NCBI GenBank assembly: GCA_964019335.1
Contig: OZ025663.1
Coordinates: 248,001 to 312,000 of the forward strand
Length of the DNA stretch: 64,000 nucleotides
Direction: 5' to 3'
Source: Diplonema japonicum
Lineage: Eukaryota; Protista; Euglenozoa: Diplonemea
The notes below the pieces were generated by a model, which saw only the letters and a program-made list of their open reading frames with translations, was not told where the DNA came from and did no database searches. This document shows positions 47,099-58,372 of this stretch, one piece after another. Within the stretch, counting starts at the first letter, position 1; each line of letters starts with the position of its first letter. A program made the translations under genes and the position numbers.

Positions 47099-49434
47099 AT
47101 GCGGCGATTATGCAGCACTGGCCGTCGGCACTGCATGACTTGGGAAAAATATCAAAAGGCACAGTCCAAGCAAGTGGAAGAACAACAGCAAAAAGAATTG
47201 AATGAAAAGCTCGGGGTCCGCATGAAGTGGGAGGACGAGGTGATCCTCGACAAGCCGAGGGACCCCGAAAAGGCACGAGGAACAGTACTGGAGAAGGTGG
47301 TGTTGGAAAGCCGGAAAGTAGGACAACTCCCGGATGACGAGAATATTCAAATGATGAAAAACATACATCCTGCGATGCCGTCCTTACCAGACGCTTCTGG
47401 GGAATGGTTCCTGAGCAACAATGAGACGGTAACAAGTGAGGAGGTCATCACCACCGACGATGTTCAGGTTAAACTACAGGACGTCCGTGCTAAAAAGAAC
47501 GAGCTCGACCAAATCCGAACCGAGAATCGAATCGCCTACGCCCAACGAACCCTCGACAAAATGCGCAAAGAAGCTGCTGCTTCCAACGTCGATCTTGGCC
47601 TACTCGAGAACGAGGAGAATCTCTCAGTCTCGCCCTCCACCGAAATAACACAAATGCCCACCCCCGATGCCGAACCCGTGAAAGTCGCGAAAGCTCCAAT
47701 GCACGAAATACCCTTCGACCGTTTACCGCCGCTTCCCGACTACCCGCACAATTCGAGAATGCCCACAGGGGATGAAGTAGAATTCATCCACGAGTCAACG
47801 GAAAAGGTATGTATTTCACAGAAACCAAAAAAAAAAAAAAAAAGAGGGACGAGGCGACACAGCGTATTTACGATGATGTGTACGGTAAATGGAAGGCGTT
47901 GAAGAAGCTTGAAATTCAACGGAAAAAAGGAATCATCGCGGAGGAGCAGAACCTGACTGAGGAAGAGAGTATGGAAACTTTAAAAAAAAAAATCAAAAAA
48001 AAAAAAGGAAAAGAACGCACGGAACGGCGGATCAAAGCCACACAAGAACGAGAAGAAGCCCAGAAGCAATACACCGACCCTCTTGAAGCACTCGAACGAG
48101 AAATGTACCCTGAGCGGTATGAGACCGAGGAGGACATCCGAGCGAAGGCCGAGGAAATGGAGGAGAAAAAGCGAAAAGCCCGCGTGAACCTGAAACCGAT
48201 CCCGAACACGATGACGCTCCACCTCAAGAAAACGATCCAGATGAGGGGCCCGATACCCATCTCGGAGTTCATGAAGGAGGCGTTGTTAAACCCGGAGTAC
48301 GGTTACTACACAACAAAGAAAAAAGTTTTGGGCAGAGATGGGGACTTTATCACGTCCCCCGAAGTAAGTCAGATGTTTGGAGAGTGCATTGCAGCATGGG
48401 CCGTGGACACGTACGAAAAACTAGGGAAACCGCAACAATTTCATTTGATAGAACTTGGAGGTGGGAAAGGAACGTTGTTGTCTCGTGTTTTGAAGGCGAC
48501 AGAGAATTTCCCGGAGTTTCAAGAAGCCATGCGGGTTGGAATGGTGGAGGTGTCGCCTTCCATGATCGAAGCACAGAAAGAAACAATCGCAAAGGTGAAC
48601 GGCGGGAAAATCCTCGAAAAAATCTCCTGGGCAGACGACGTGGAAGGTCTCGGAATCCACGACGATCTCGCACCGATAATCTGCTTCTCGAACGAACTCT
48701 TCGATGTCTTCGCTGTCTCGAAATTCCAATACACCGAAAGGGGTTGGTGCGAATGGATGGTTGAGGTCGACGACGACCCCGAACACCCTGAACATTTCAA
48801 ATTCGTTCTTTCTTCAGGCGAGACAGCCGGTTCCATTACATTCCTTCCGCACGATATCCGCAAAATGGCAAGAGACAACCGCCTCCTGGGCAAGACCATC
48901 GAAGTTCAAATGCAGGGCTACCTTTACCTTGAAAGACTCCTCACCCAAATCACTCGGTCGAAGGGGACCTGTCTTGTGATAGACTATGGTGTAGATGACT
49001 ATGTGGAGGATTCTCTCAGAGGCATTAAAGGGCATGAGTTTGTGCACCCGCTGACCAACCCGGGAGAAGTTGACTTGTCGGGTTTTGTCTCGTTCAAAAT
49101 GCTGCGCGACACTGTGTCAAGGAGTGCAAAACTCTCCGGGAAAATACACTGCACATCTGTTATGAACCAAGGAGAGTTCTTGAAAAAGGTTGGAATAGAG
49201 GTATGTTGAAGCAAAAAAAAAAAATAAATAAATAAATAAAAATAAAAAAACCCTCAGGCTCGAGCCTTAACTTACCTCTGTAACGTTAAAAACGTCCGCG
49301 ACGCTGCCAAGGTCGCTCGTGAGTTCACCATGCTCACCGACGAGGAAGATTCCAGCGGGATGGGGATCAAATTCAAGGCCATGTGTTTCAGTTCAAAACA
49401 ACCGTCTGGTTTGATACCTCCGTGCCCGTGGTAA
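47099..49434 (+). CDS. NDUFAF7: NDUFAF7/MidA-type SAM-dependent methyltransferase with long N-terminal extension; introns 47807-47844, 47969-48007 (probable), 49201-49257
   Basis: GPIPISEFMKEAL.NP.YGYY, GDFITSPEVSQMFGE, IELG.GKGTL, NELFD, IDYG, PGEVDLS, QGEFL. The last exon gives MG.KFK. N-terminal MRRLCS presequence-like start. Confidence 0.88.
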
Positions 49435-49696
49435 AAAGCAGGGAGGAAAAACCTACTGTAATGAAAGAACTGGGCATCCATGGTTGTAGTGAAGAAGTGT
49501 GTCGCGGGGGAGGATAACAGGTGACAGAATGTTTGGTGGCGACTCAATTTCTGAGCAGTTAGCTGTTTTAGTGCTTTCTCAAGCCATTGTAGAATTCTTT
49601 TTTTTTTTCAAGGAAAAAAAAAAAAAAAAAAAAGAGTGTTCGTTCCTCTGCATGTAAAGCGTCATCTTTACAGGTAGAAAAAAAAAGGGGGGGGAA

Positions 49697-50450
49697 ATGT
49701 CAGGTCCATGTGGACACGAACACAAGGAGCTCGGAGGTCACTCTCATGGCCATACCTGCGATCATCACCAAGCGGATAAAGAGAGTGAAATGGTGGTGAT
49801 GGGTGATGCGCTGAACAATTACATCGACCAGGGCAAGACTCGTTGCATGAACGTGTCAGAGCCCGATAACCTCAACACGATATTCAAGACATGGGACGAC
49901 AGGAAAGAAACGGGTGATTTCATTGAATCGGACGCCGATGAAGAGCTGCTCTTGTACATCCCCTTCACAGAGGTTGTCAAGATCAAAGCGATTAGCATTT
50001 TGGGCGGTGAAGAAGATGATGAAAGCAGCGCACCTTCGAAAGCCAAGGTATCGTGGGTTCTAATTATTCCTCCCACATTTCTCCACAGCTTTATATCAAC
50101 CGCGATGACATTGATTTTGACAAGGCAGGCGAAGTGTGTGCTGCACAAGAAATCGATCTGCAACAAGGTCACCTAACTGACCTCGAATACCCCTTAAAGT
50201 ATGAGCGACACTGAGAGAAGACGACAAAATTCACAGACCAAGTAAATTCACCGCCGTGCGCGACCTTACTATTGTGATACCAACCAACTTTGGTGCCGAC
50301 CTGACACGTATTTCTTGTGTTCACCTCAGAGGTGCCAGTACGAAGATTTCCACTAACCGTGTTGTTATGCATGCGGTTTACGAGTCCCAGGGCCAGCTCA
50401 AGGATCACAAAGTGCGAGGTGTCCCAGACGGTGCGTCTGCAGGAATCTGA
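49697..50450 (+). CDS. PITHD1: PITH-domain protein; join(49697..50047,50089..50198,50237..50450)
   Basis: IESDADEELLLYIPFT..VKIK.I, PSKAKLYINRDDIDFD and EYPLKPSKF after splicing. Confidence 0.85.
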
Positions 50451-50787
50451 AACTATCTTGCCCCTTCCTAACCTGCACGTGGCTTTTCCATTTTTAAGCT
50501 TTCACAAATAAGAAGAAAAAGTAGTTTAATAAAAAGAATACAGACCGCATTGGATGTTGTGTTACATTTCCTCTAACATTCCGAATACGGTGGGATGGAA
50601 TTTTTGTCTCTTTCTTTGGCTTTTATGGTTTCACAAGAAATGCACCACCCACATACCTTGGCGTCTTCGCAAAGCGTTGTCCTCTCCTTTCTTGAGAAAC
50701 TTATGAAGTTTTTTTGCACTCGGAGGTTGTTTGCATACTGTTCTCTATGATGCGAGTAACTCGCAATTATCGCAGGCTCAACTGTAA

Positions 50788-50860
50788 GGTCGTGTAGCTC
50801 AGTCGGTAGAGCATTGGTCTAATAAGCCAACGGTCCCAGGTTCGAGCCCTGTCACGACCA
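50788..50860 (+). tRNA. tRNA-Ile (anticodon AAT)
   Basis: Acceptor stem GGTCGTG/CACGACC, D-arm GCTC..GAGC, anticodon loop CT-AAT-AA, T-loop GTTCGAG, followed by a T6 Pol III terminator. Confidence 0.95.
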
Positions 50861-50906
50861 TTTTTTGTTTCGGTGTTAAAAACAACTCAGGGGCAAAAAA
50901 GAGGAA

Positions 50907-52046
50907 ATGAACAATTCGTTGAGAGGCTCTGTTGGCAAAGGCCAAATGAGCATATCAAGAGAAATGGGAAACCTCGATGAACAACTGCAGAATTTGCGGG
51001 ACGCCGTGAAGCGAGAAAGGGAGAAGAGAGGCGGCGGGAGGATTTGGAAAAGCAGTGAGCGCTCTCAAAAAGGGGGCATGACCGTGAGACGAACTTCTGT
51101 TCTTCAAAACAGGTTGCCGGTTAAGCGAGAAGTCGCCGCTGCGAGCAGTACTTGTGATACAGGGTCATTGGACTTTGACGCGAGGCCGGCGTCGGCTGAA
51201 GTAACTGACACATTACAAAGGATACAGGCATTTGATCTTTTTCAAGGTGCATTCTCATCTGAGGCACCCAAGTCGGCGCCTCAAACCGATACTGTGGCGA
51301 TCGAGAAGGCAAAGGCCACATATATGCAAGACTTCAAAACGATTGAAACATACAAGTACGATGAGGATGAAGAAGCCAGAAGATTTCAACAGCAGATGCA
51401 CGGAACACCCAGTACACCAACAACAAAGAAGACTGTGAGAATAGAGTCACCAACACCTCCGACCCCATCACCTCCACCGGAAGCGGAAAAGAAGCCTAAA
51501 AATCACAGAGGGGGTATCTGGAGTGCATACGATGTGGATGCTCGGGGGTCGAAAGCGCTTCAGTCATGGGGGAAAGGAACCGCGAAGAAAAAACCGGATA
51601 ACAAAAAAGCGGCTCGCATATCAGAGCTGCAGAACATATTGCTGAGCGCACCGCCTGCGGACGGAGACACCGGAGAGCATCAAGAAGCGCAACGTTTAGC
51701 GTTGCTAGAGTTGCAGAGAATACAAAAAGGCGACAGCACAGAAGCACAGCCCTCACAACCTGCATGGACATATAAAAATGCTCAAACAAGTAAACCAAAA
51801 CCCGAAGAGAGTACTGCGGACCAAGGTGGCGGTGGCCTCCTCCTCCAAGGAGAGTACAACGAAACTGAAAACCGACGACAGTTCGAAGAAGCGATTCGCG
51901 TGTGGCGAACAGGCGACAAACCCAAACAAGCAACATCAACAAAGACGACTGCATCCGCAGCTATTGGAAGCAATACACCTGTCACCAAGCCTCTCAACGA
52001 AGCATTCCTCTCCGAGTATGAGAAAATAACGGGGGGAGGGTTATAG
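50907..52046 (+). CDS. Hypothetical protein with ZBBX-like motifs (no B-box seen)
   Basis: LQNLR..VKREREK...WKS and LLQGEYNE.ENRRQFEEAIRVWRTG resemble ZBBX-family conserved blocks (recalled, not searched). Confidence 0.55.
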   Translation: MNNSLRGSVGKGQMSISREMGNLDEQLQNLRDAVKREREKRGGGRIWKSSERSQKGGMTVRRTSVLQNRLPVKREVAAASSTCDTGSLDFDARPASAEVTDTLQRIQAFDLFQGAFSSEAPKSAPQTDTVAIEKAKATYMQDFKTIETYKYDEDEEARRFQQQMHGTPSTPTTKKTVRIESPTPPTPSPPPEAEKKPKNHRGGIWSAYDVDARGSKALQSWGKGTAKKKPDNKKAARISELQNILLSAPPADGDTGEHQEAQRLALLELQRIQKGDSTEAQPSQPAWTYKNAQTSKPKPEESTADQGGGGLLLQGEYNETENRRQFEEAIRVWRTGDKPKQATSTKTTASAAIGSNTPVTKPLNEAFLSEYEKITGGGL

Positions 52047-52751
52047 CTATTTACTGCCAACAAGTAATGACTTTACCGTTACCTCGAGGTTCTGCATTTT
52101 ACCGTCAAGGGCCCGAGATGGTAATGCGGAACCGAGAGGTCGGTAAAGCATTACTTGGCGGTAAGTAAGTGGTTTTATTTCACGACACTCTGAAATTACT
52201 TCACCACGAGGGGCACAACAGGGCGACAAGGGGTACAACAAGAGAGGGGTTACAAAGGTTACAATACAAGGTGTTTTTCCTCCTTTTGTTGACTAAGAGC
52301 TGCCGCTGTCGCTGTCATTGCCATTGTCACCATCTCTAATCAGGCCTTCTCATACCTGGCGCGGCCGCTGGCTCCTTTTTTTCTGCTGCTTCGGTATTTT
52401 GAAGTCTTTTGGGGAGCTTGGGTAAGCTGACTAAGTTACCCTTACCCACAGAAGAGTTGCCCCCAGAAACTTGGAACAAGGCCTAGCCAAAAGTGGGCAA
52501 ATTGAGAGGAAAAAGTAGTCCAACTTGGAACTGAGCCGAGGCAAAAGTTGGTCAATTGAGCTGAACCTGGGGGGAAATAGCAAACTGAGAGGAAAAAGTA
52601 GCCCCACTGGGAACCGAACCGAGGCAAAAATTGGCCTACGGAAACCCCTATTACTTCACGGAAAACAGGCCATTATTTCACCGCGAAGTAATGAGATTTA
52701 GCGTGAAGTAATGGGCCCCCAGTGCGTGAAGTAATTTCTGAAGAGTGAAAT
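52044..52751 (-). mobile_element. HINE-like family A, copy 3 (retains an extra ~50-bp hairpin)
   Basis: Similar to 6696-7377, with extra hairpin ACCTCGAGGTTCTGCATT...AATGCGGAACCGAGAGGT at 52081-52140. Confidence 0.7.
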
Positions 52752-53075
52752 AAAAAAAAAAAAAGGCTCGCCTCTGCTTCCGAGTACGTCTACTTCAATC
52801 ATCTCCTAGAATGTTGTGATCTCTAGCAACTCCAAAGTAGAAAGGGGAATGCGAAGGAAAGAAGGGGTATTCTAGAATAAGAAAAGAGATAGTGTTGGTG
52901 GCACAAGCACTGTCTTTAAAAAAAAGAGGTGGGGGTGATAGAATAACCCGTCCCTTCTTTGGAAAAGTGCCAGAAATGACATTTCCTCCTTAAGAACGAA
53001 AGCTATTCTCCTTATTTCTCTTTCTGTACACACGTAACTCCGATAGGGCAAGGGAGTGGAAAAATCCACTTTTCG

Positions 53076-54287
53076 ATGCTATGCAAAAAACTATTTGTGA
53101 GGGTCGTGGAAGGGCGGGGGCTAGGCGGTCATGTACTGGGAGAAGCCAGTGTGAATATAGAGCTGGGGGAGGAGCTCGTAACAAGCAAACCTTCAAAAAT
53201 AGAGAGCGGTGGAAAGCTGGTGTGGAAGGCGGAGTGTCTGTTCTCGATCGATGATCCTGAAGAGCAGAAGCTCAAGGTAGACATTAAAGATTATGGCACG
53301 ACCCGTGGCACTGTTGCAGTGCAATTAAACGAGCTTTATGAGGGAAGGACGGAGAAATGGTACCCCGTACACCATAAAAGATCGGTTGGGGGGAAAACGA
53401 ACGCAGAGGTGAAAATCGTCCTAAAAACTTACGGTTTCGGAAAGAAATTCGACGTGCTGACCGTGGATGGAACGGCCAACACGTTGGTCCCGATCCCACC
53501 GTTTCCCGATATTATAGTGAGCGAGCTTGACATGTTGCTGCACAACCCCGAGGATAAAGGTGTGACGAGGCTCCCAAGCGAGCCGCAGTTTTGGTGGGAA
53601 CTAAGGGTGTCGGTGGAGAAAAACCAGAAGCTGTCGCAAACGCCGCCGCTTATCAGAACGCAGACCCCGGATCAAGCTTCGGTTAACGTCAATGTTGCGT
53701 TTTTGCTGTCGTTTTACAACAACTGGAAGAAAAACCGGACCCACCACGTTCTTGTCAAAGACCTGTCCCGAGACGTTGCTCAAAAACTCTGCGTCAATGA
53801 AGAGTTCTGGAACACCTTTGTCTCGGTCGTTCACGTGCAGCGTGCTGCCGAGAAGGCCTCTCCTAACATCTTCAAGTCGGGTGATGTTGTTGCGTACCAA
53901 CACCCTGAGCACCGTGCTCAAGAACCTCCTAGGAAAGCACGTGTTTCGGGCGTTTCAGTTCGTGGAGATCGGTTATTCTGCACATTAGAATTCACAGACA
54001 CCAGCAAGAGAGAGAAGGGTATAAAACCCTCTATGCTGCGCCACTGGACTTCTCGGTACAATCTCCTCATCACGTGTAGCCGCTTCCCTAAGGAAAACCT
54101 TTTTATCTCTTCAGCCGAATGGCGCACGGCTGTCGATGAGTGGGCCGAAACAAACGCGCTTGGTAAGCATTCCTGGCGAAAGGCCCTCAAACCCGAAATC
54201 GATGATGACGGGAAAAAAACCTATTCTACCGACCTTCCGCTTTCTTCTCTCATAGAAAGCTTCACGATCGTAAAAGGGAAGGCATAG
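53076..54287 (+). CDS. C2-domain protein
   Basis: LFVRVVEGRGL, W...F.I, LKVDIKD, G.V.V.L.EL and KWYP pattern. Confidence 0.7.
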   Translation: MLCKKLFVRVVEGRGLGGHVLGEASVNIELGEELVTSKPSKIESGGKLVWKAECLFSIDDPEEQKLKVDIKDYGTTRGTVAVQLNELYEGRTEKWYPVHHKRSVGGKTNAEVKIVLKTYGFGKKFDVLTVDGTANTLVPIPPFPDIIVSELDMLLHNPEDKGVTRLPSEPQFWWELRVSVEKNQKLSQTPPLIRTQTPDQASVNVNVAFLLSFYNNWKKNRTHHVLVKDLSRDVAQKLCVNEEFWNTFVSVVHVQRAAEKASPNIFKSGDVVAYQHPEHRAQEPPRKARVSGVSVRGDRLFCTLEFTDTSKREKGIKPSMLRHWTSRYNLLITCSRFPKENLFISSAEWRTAVDEWAETNALGKHSWRKALKPEIDDDGKKTYSTDLPLSSLIESFTIVKGKA

Positions 54288-54574
54288 CAGAGTTCGATTC
54301 TTTTGCATTCAGTCTTCTACCTTTTCATTCACTTCATTCGCCCCCCTCCTCCCCGATAGAACTGAAAAATGAAAATGAAGAAAGAACAGAAAAAAAAAAA
54401 AAAAAAAAAATCACAAAAACGAATTTACTGGGAGGAAGAAAAAAGGTTGTTTGTGTGACATATCGAATTTCTTTTTGCTTCTTCTCTCTTTCCCTTCCCT
54501 CATCGTTTCGCTTTTTTGTTCTGTTGTCCACTGCACCACAGGAGTATTTAAAAAAAAAAAAGAAAAAAAAAAAA

Positions 54575-55954
54575 ATGGTCGGTGTTAGTAAGATGCTGCT
54601 TGTCGCGGCAACAACTGCCTTGGCGTCAGGTGCTGTTAACAAGACACAGGAATGTTACAACCACCAGGCTTGTCAGTACAAGCCTTTGGCGAACCTGAGA
54701 ATGGCTGGCATGATGTCTGAGAAGAACCAGCTTTGGAAGAAATGCCAGGAAGATCACACCTGCCCGTACCCGAAGGCCGCCTCGAGCGGGAGGGCTGTTT
54801 GCACGAACGGTTTTTTAACGATCGGGACCGACCGCTACGAGTGCAGTGGTATGGATGTGATGTCCTTCGTTCCCTCCGCCGAGCTTGGCTCCGCTGTGAG
54901 GGGAAGCGACATCTGGGGATGGACCGACCCCGTGATGGGGAATGAAATCGCAATCATGTGCCTTACTGACGGAACCAGCTTCGTGGACATCACCAAGCCC
55001 GAAAACCCAGTTGTCTTGGGGTACCTTCCAGGAACCAACCACCCCACAGGCGCCGTGTGGAGGGACGTCAAGGTCTACAAAGACCATGCTTACATCGGTT
55101 CTGAGGTTGCCAATCACGGTCTGCAGATCTTCGACATGACTTTGCTGCGTCCGTTGTACGGCAGGCAGGGGACTAATGTCCCGAAGCTGTCCAACACAGC
55201 GTTCTATGACGAGTTCGGAAGCAGCCACAACATTGTGATCAACGAGGAGACTGGTTTCTTGTACTCGGTGGGAACGAAGACTTACAAGGGCGGACCGCAC
55301 ATCGTGGACATCAGGAAGCCTGCTGAACCGAAGTTCGTGGTGGGGTACGACACCCACGGGTACACCCACGACGCACAGTGCGTGATCTACACGGGACCGC
55401 AGAAGGAGTACAAGGGGAGGGAGATCTGCTTCAACTACAACGAGGACAGCTTGTTGATATTGGACGTGACTGACAAGGACAACATGGTGGTCATCTCCCG
55501 CACGGAGTACCGCAACAACTACTACTGCCACCAGGGGTGGTTGAACGACGAGATGACGATGCTCATGATGGACGACGAGCTTGACGAAGAGTACACCAGC
55601 GAGAAGCACACCAGAACACTTCTGTGGGACATCAGCAACATGAAAAACCCGATTCACACAGGAAGCTTCGTCTCGAAGGAGCAGGCGATCGACCACAACA
55701 TGTATGTTAAGGACAATGTTGTCTACCAGTCGAACTACTGTGCAGGGCTCCGTGTCCTCAACGGTACTGACATGGCGTCTCCTAACGAACTTGCCTTCTT
55801 CGACATCGCACCGTACTGCGACACCAAGACCACGAAGGGTGTTCAGTTCCAGGGTACTTGGTCCAACTTCCCTTACTATGCGTCGAACAACATTGCGGTC
55901 TCTTCCATCGAGCTTGGTCTTTTCGTTCTTAGGGTGCAGGACGGCATTCTCTGA
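54575..55954 (+). CDS. Secreted choice-of-anchor-B family (LVIVD-like beta-propeller) protein
   Basis: Signal peptide. Motifs GSDIWGWTDP, WRDVKVY.DHAYI, HNIVINEETG, YTHDAQCVIY.GP, HQGW, IDHN.Y and GTWS.FPY. Confidence 0.85.
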   Translation: MVGVSKMLLVAATTALASGAVNKTQECYNHQACQYKPLANLRMAGMMSEKNQLWKKCQEDHTCPYPKAASSGRAVCTNGFLTIGTDRYECSGMDVMSFVPSAELGSAVRGSDIWGWTDPVMGNEIAIMCLTDGTSFVDITKPENPVVLGYLPGTNHPTGAVWRDVKVYKDHAYIGSEVANHGLQIFDMTLLRPLYGRQGTNVPKLSNTAFYDEFGSSHNIVINEETGFLYSVGTKTYKGGPHIVDIRKPAEPKFVVGYDTHGYTHDAQCVIYTGPQKEYKGREICFNYNEDSLLILDVTDKDNMVVISRTEYRNNYYCHQGWLNDEMTMLMMDDELDEEYTSEKHTRTLLWDISNMKNPIHTGSFVSKEQAIDHNMYVKDNVVYQSNYCAGLRVLNGTDMASPNELAFFDIAPYCDTKTTKGVQFQGTWSNFPYYASNNIAVSSIELGLFVLRVQDGIL

Positions 55955-56797
55955 TGAGTGTGTATTGGCTCAATTCCATTTATTCTTTCTTTTCTTTTTT
56001 TCCTCTCTTTTTTTTATTATGCTTTTTTTTTTCCAAGAGTGACATTTGTTTTCTGTTCTTTTTTTTTTCTTTTTAAAAACTTGTCTTATGAGAAAAAAAA
56101 AAAAGAAAGTTATTGTGTGTTGACAAGTTAGAACCAAGGGGGTGGGGAAAAAAAATAGGCGGGGAAAAAAAAAAGACATAACTAGCAGGGAGGGAAAAAA
56201 AATGCAGGTTCTTTTTTTCCCCCCCTCTGTTTCTTTTTTCTTTTTTCTTTCTTCTTCTTTTTGTTTCCATCCACTTCTTCTTCCTCCCTTTCCTGGGAAA
56301 ACGTGTGAGTAGATACCAATAGTAAAGGTGCGGTAAACTGTACGTGATTCGATATTGTCCCCATTCCCCCCCCCCCTTTTTTTTCCTTTCTTTTTCTCTT
56401 TCCCCCCTTGAAAACAAAAGGAAGAAGGGCCCTCTCCCTGCCTTTCTTCTTTTTTTTGGCTGCACTTCCGCTCTTTTTTAGGTAAAAGACCCTTTTGTAT
56501 ATCACGTGGCACGTGACTGGCCGCAGTGCATAGGGCGTGTCGGAATAGGTTAAAAGTTATATTCGCAAAAAAAAAAAGCGGTGTACTTACTTAAAAACCT
56601 TTTTTATCTCTTTTATATTGGTTTGCATACCCCCCCCCCCCCCCCCCCCCCCCCCCTGCAAGAGAAAAGAAGAGAATTAAAGAAAAAAATCCACTCCACG
56701 ACACACTATATCTCTCCCTCCCATTTCTCTTTTTCTTTTTTTTCCCCCCCTTGAAATTTTCCTATCATCTTTAATGCAAAAAAAGAGAGAGAAAAAA

Positions 56798-58315
56798 ATG
56801 AATCTGCAAAAAAAGTGGGCGATTGCCAGGCGGTGGTACTGCAGCAAACCAGAGTGGGTGTCGAAGTTCGCAACAGAATACGGAGCTGAAGTTGACGAAA
56901 AGGGAGAGAAGTATAGGTTCCAAGGCTGGGCGAGGATGAAAGAGGATGTCAAAGAAAGAATGTGCAAAGGTGACGTGGAGAGGAGGTACCGAAGAATAAA
57001 TGGTATTCGGTTCGGGTTCGGGTCCCCCGGGGACAACCCAGTGCATCACGTACCCGACAGCGAAGTGGCAGTATGGTGGGACGAGACAGACACGACACCG
57101 AAGGTGCTTGTCCAGCTCGCTCCCCAGTTCCCGCCTCTTTTATGGATTCCGCTTGTCCCCACGAAGGCAGCTCTCGAAAGACTGTTCGATGATTTTGCGC
57201 AAAACGACGAAAAATACCTCGAGGCTGCGTCTGTCCAATACGAGAAATACCTTGAAGCCGGACAGATGTACCTTGCACCACCTGATGCTTCTCAGGAGAA
57301 AGCTCTTGCACACCAACGCCCCGACGAGGTTGCTCCCCCAGTGCGGCTTGCGAAACCCTCGAAGCAGTACTATGAAACGTCCCTCGTTCCATGGGCGAAA
57401 AAGGGTGAAGACGGAGATTTGTACCGTCGTGCTGCAGGGCGGCTGTCTGCACTGGACTTTAAAAAAGACTATGAAGAAAGTCATTGGTACTTCTTAGGGA
57501 CGGCAATATCACCTGAGGACATTGAAATGCAGATGATGGGGAACCCCTTCGTGTTCGGGAGGTGGCCGGACGCCGTTGTGGGTGGCGAGCAACGCAGGGC
57601 AGAGAGGGGTGTTTTCTGCTCGTCCTTCCGAACAGTGTACTCAAAGTCGCGCATTGTCTTCACTACACGTGAAGATGAACCGCATGCGGCAGTCAATGTG
57701 GGCGAAAAGAAGTACAAAGAGCTGTCAGGGGTTTATTGTTGCGTGAACCACCCATCGTCTGACCGCATGGCCGGCGGGAAGTCAGTCGTAGAATGGTACA
57801 ACCGAGTCTTCGGGTGCGACTTCCCCCTCACAACCCCCGTAGACGTAGTAGCTGCTTTGGCCATGTTTCGTGCCAAAGCAGCTTCGCAAGTCGCCTCCGA
57901 GTACGATGTCGTGGCGGGGCGGTATCTTGACAACACCAAAGAGGTAGCCGTCGAGCTTGCTAAGCGTCAGCAAGCTAAGCTTCCCCAAGAGGAGCAAGAC
58001 TACATCAACAGCCTGAATACTATTACGCAGAACAACGACCCTGTCATCGCACAGGACGTCACCCACCCCGGCGTCGTCCTCCTCACGCAGTACATCAGAC
58101 GCCTTGCCATCATGCAGCACCCCGAGTTCGAAAGCAGGTGCTTCAAACCTTTTTGGAGTTCCGATTCTAAATATGTCAGAATACGTATGTACGAAGCCTG
58201 TCTTGTCGCAGGCAGGCCCGACCTTGCGGAGATCCTCATGTCGCGTGAGTCCGACCCGTACGTAGTGAGTCAAATTGCAGGGATGGCCCCGAAGCCTGTT
58301 ACAGAAGTCGAGTAG
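56798..58315 (+). CDS. Hypothetical protein, possible mitochondrial presequence
   Basis: 505-aa ORF starting MNLQKKWAIARRWYCS. Confidence 0.7.
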   Translation: MNLQKKWAIARRWYCSKPEWVSKFATEYGAEVDEKGEKYRFQGWARMKEDVKERMCKGDVERRYRRINGIRFGFGSPGDNPVHHVPDSEVAVWWDETDTTPKVLVQLAPQFPPLLWIPLVPTKAALERLFDDFAQNDEKYLEAASVQYEKYLEAGQMYLAPPDASQEKALAHQRPDEVAPPVRLAKPSKQYYETSLVPWAKKGEDGDLYRRAAGRLSALDFKKDYEESHWYFLGTAISPEDIEMQMMGNPFVFGRWPDAVVGGEQRRAERGVFCSSFRTVYSKSRIVFTTREDEPHAAVNVGEKKYKELSGVYCCVNHPSSDRMAGGKSVVEWYNRVFGCDFPLTTPVDVVAALAMFRAKAASQVASEYDVVAGRYLDNTKEVAVELAKRQQAKLPQEEQDYINSLNTITQNNDPVIAQDVTHPGVVLLTQYIRRLAIMQHPEFESRCFKPFWSSDSKYVRIRMYEACLVAGRPDLAEILMSRESDPYVVSQIAGMAPKPVTEVE

Positions 58316-58372
58316 ACAATAGACATTGCCTGTGTGCAACTTCCGCTACATTTCTAGGTCGGGTGGGAATAT

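Noticed and set aside
50451-50787. Possible tRNA-associated snRNA/SL RNA upstream of tRNA-Ile (Sm-like AATTTTTG at 50599-50606)
   Set aside because: No recognisable U1/U2/U4/U5/U6 or spliced-leader motif on either strand. An Infernal search would be needed.
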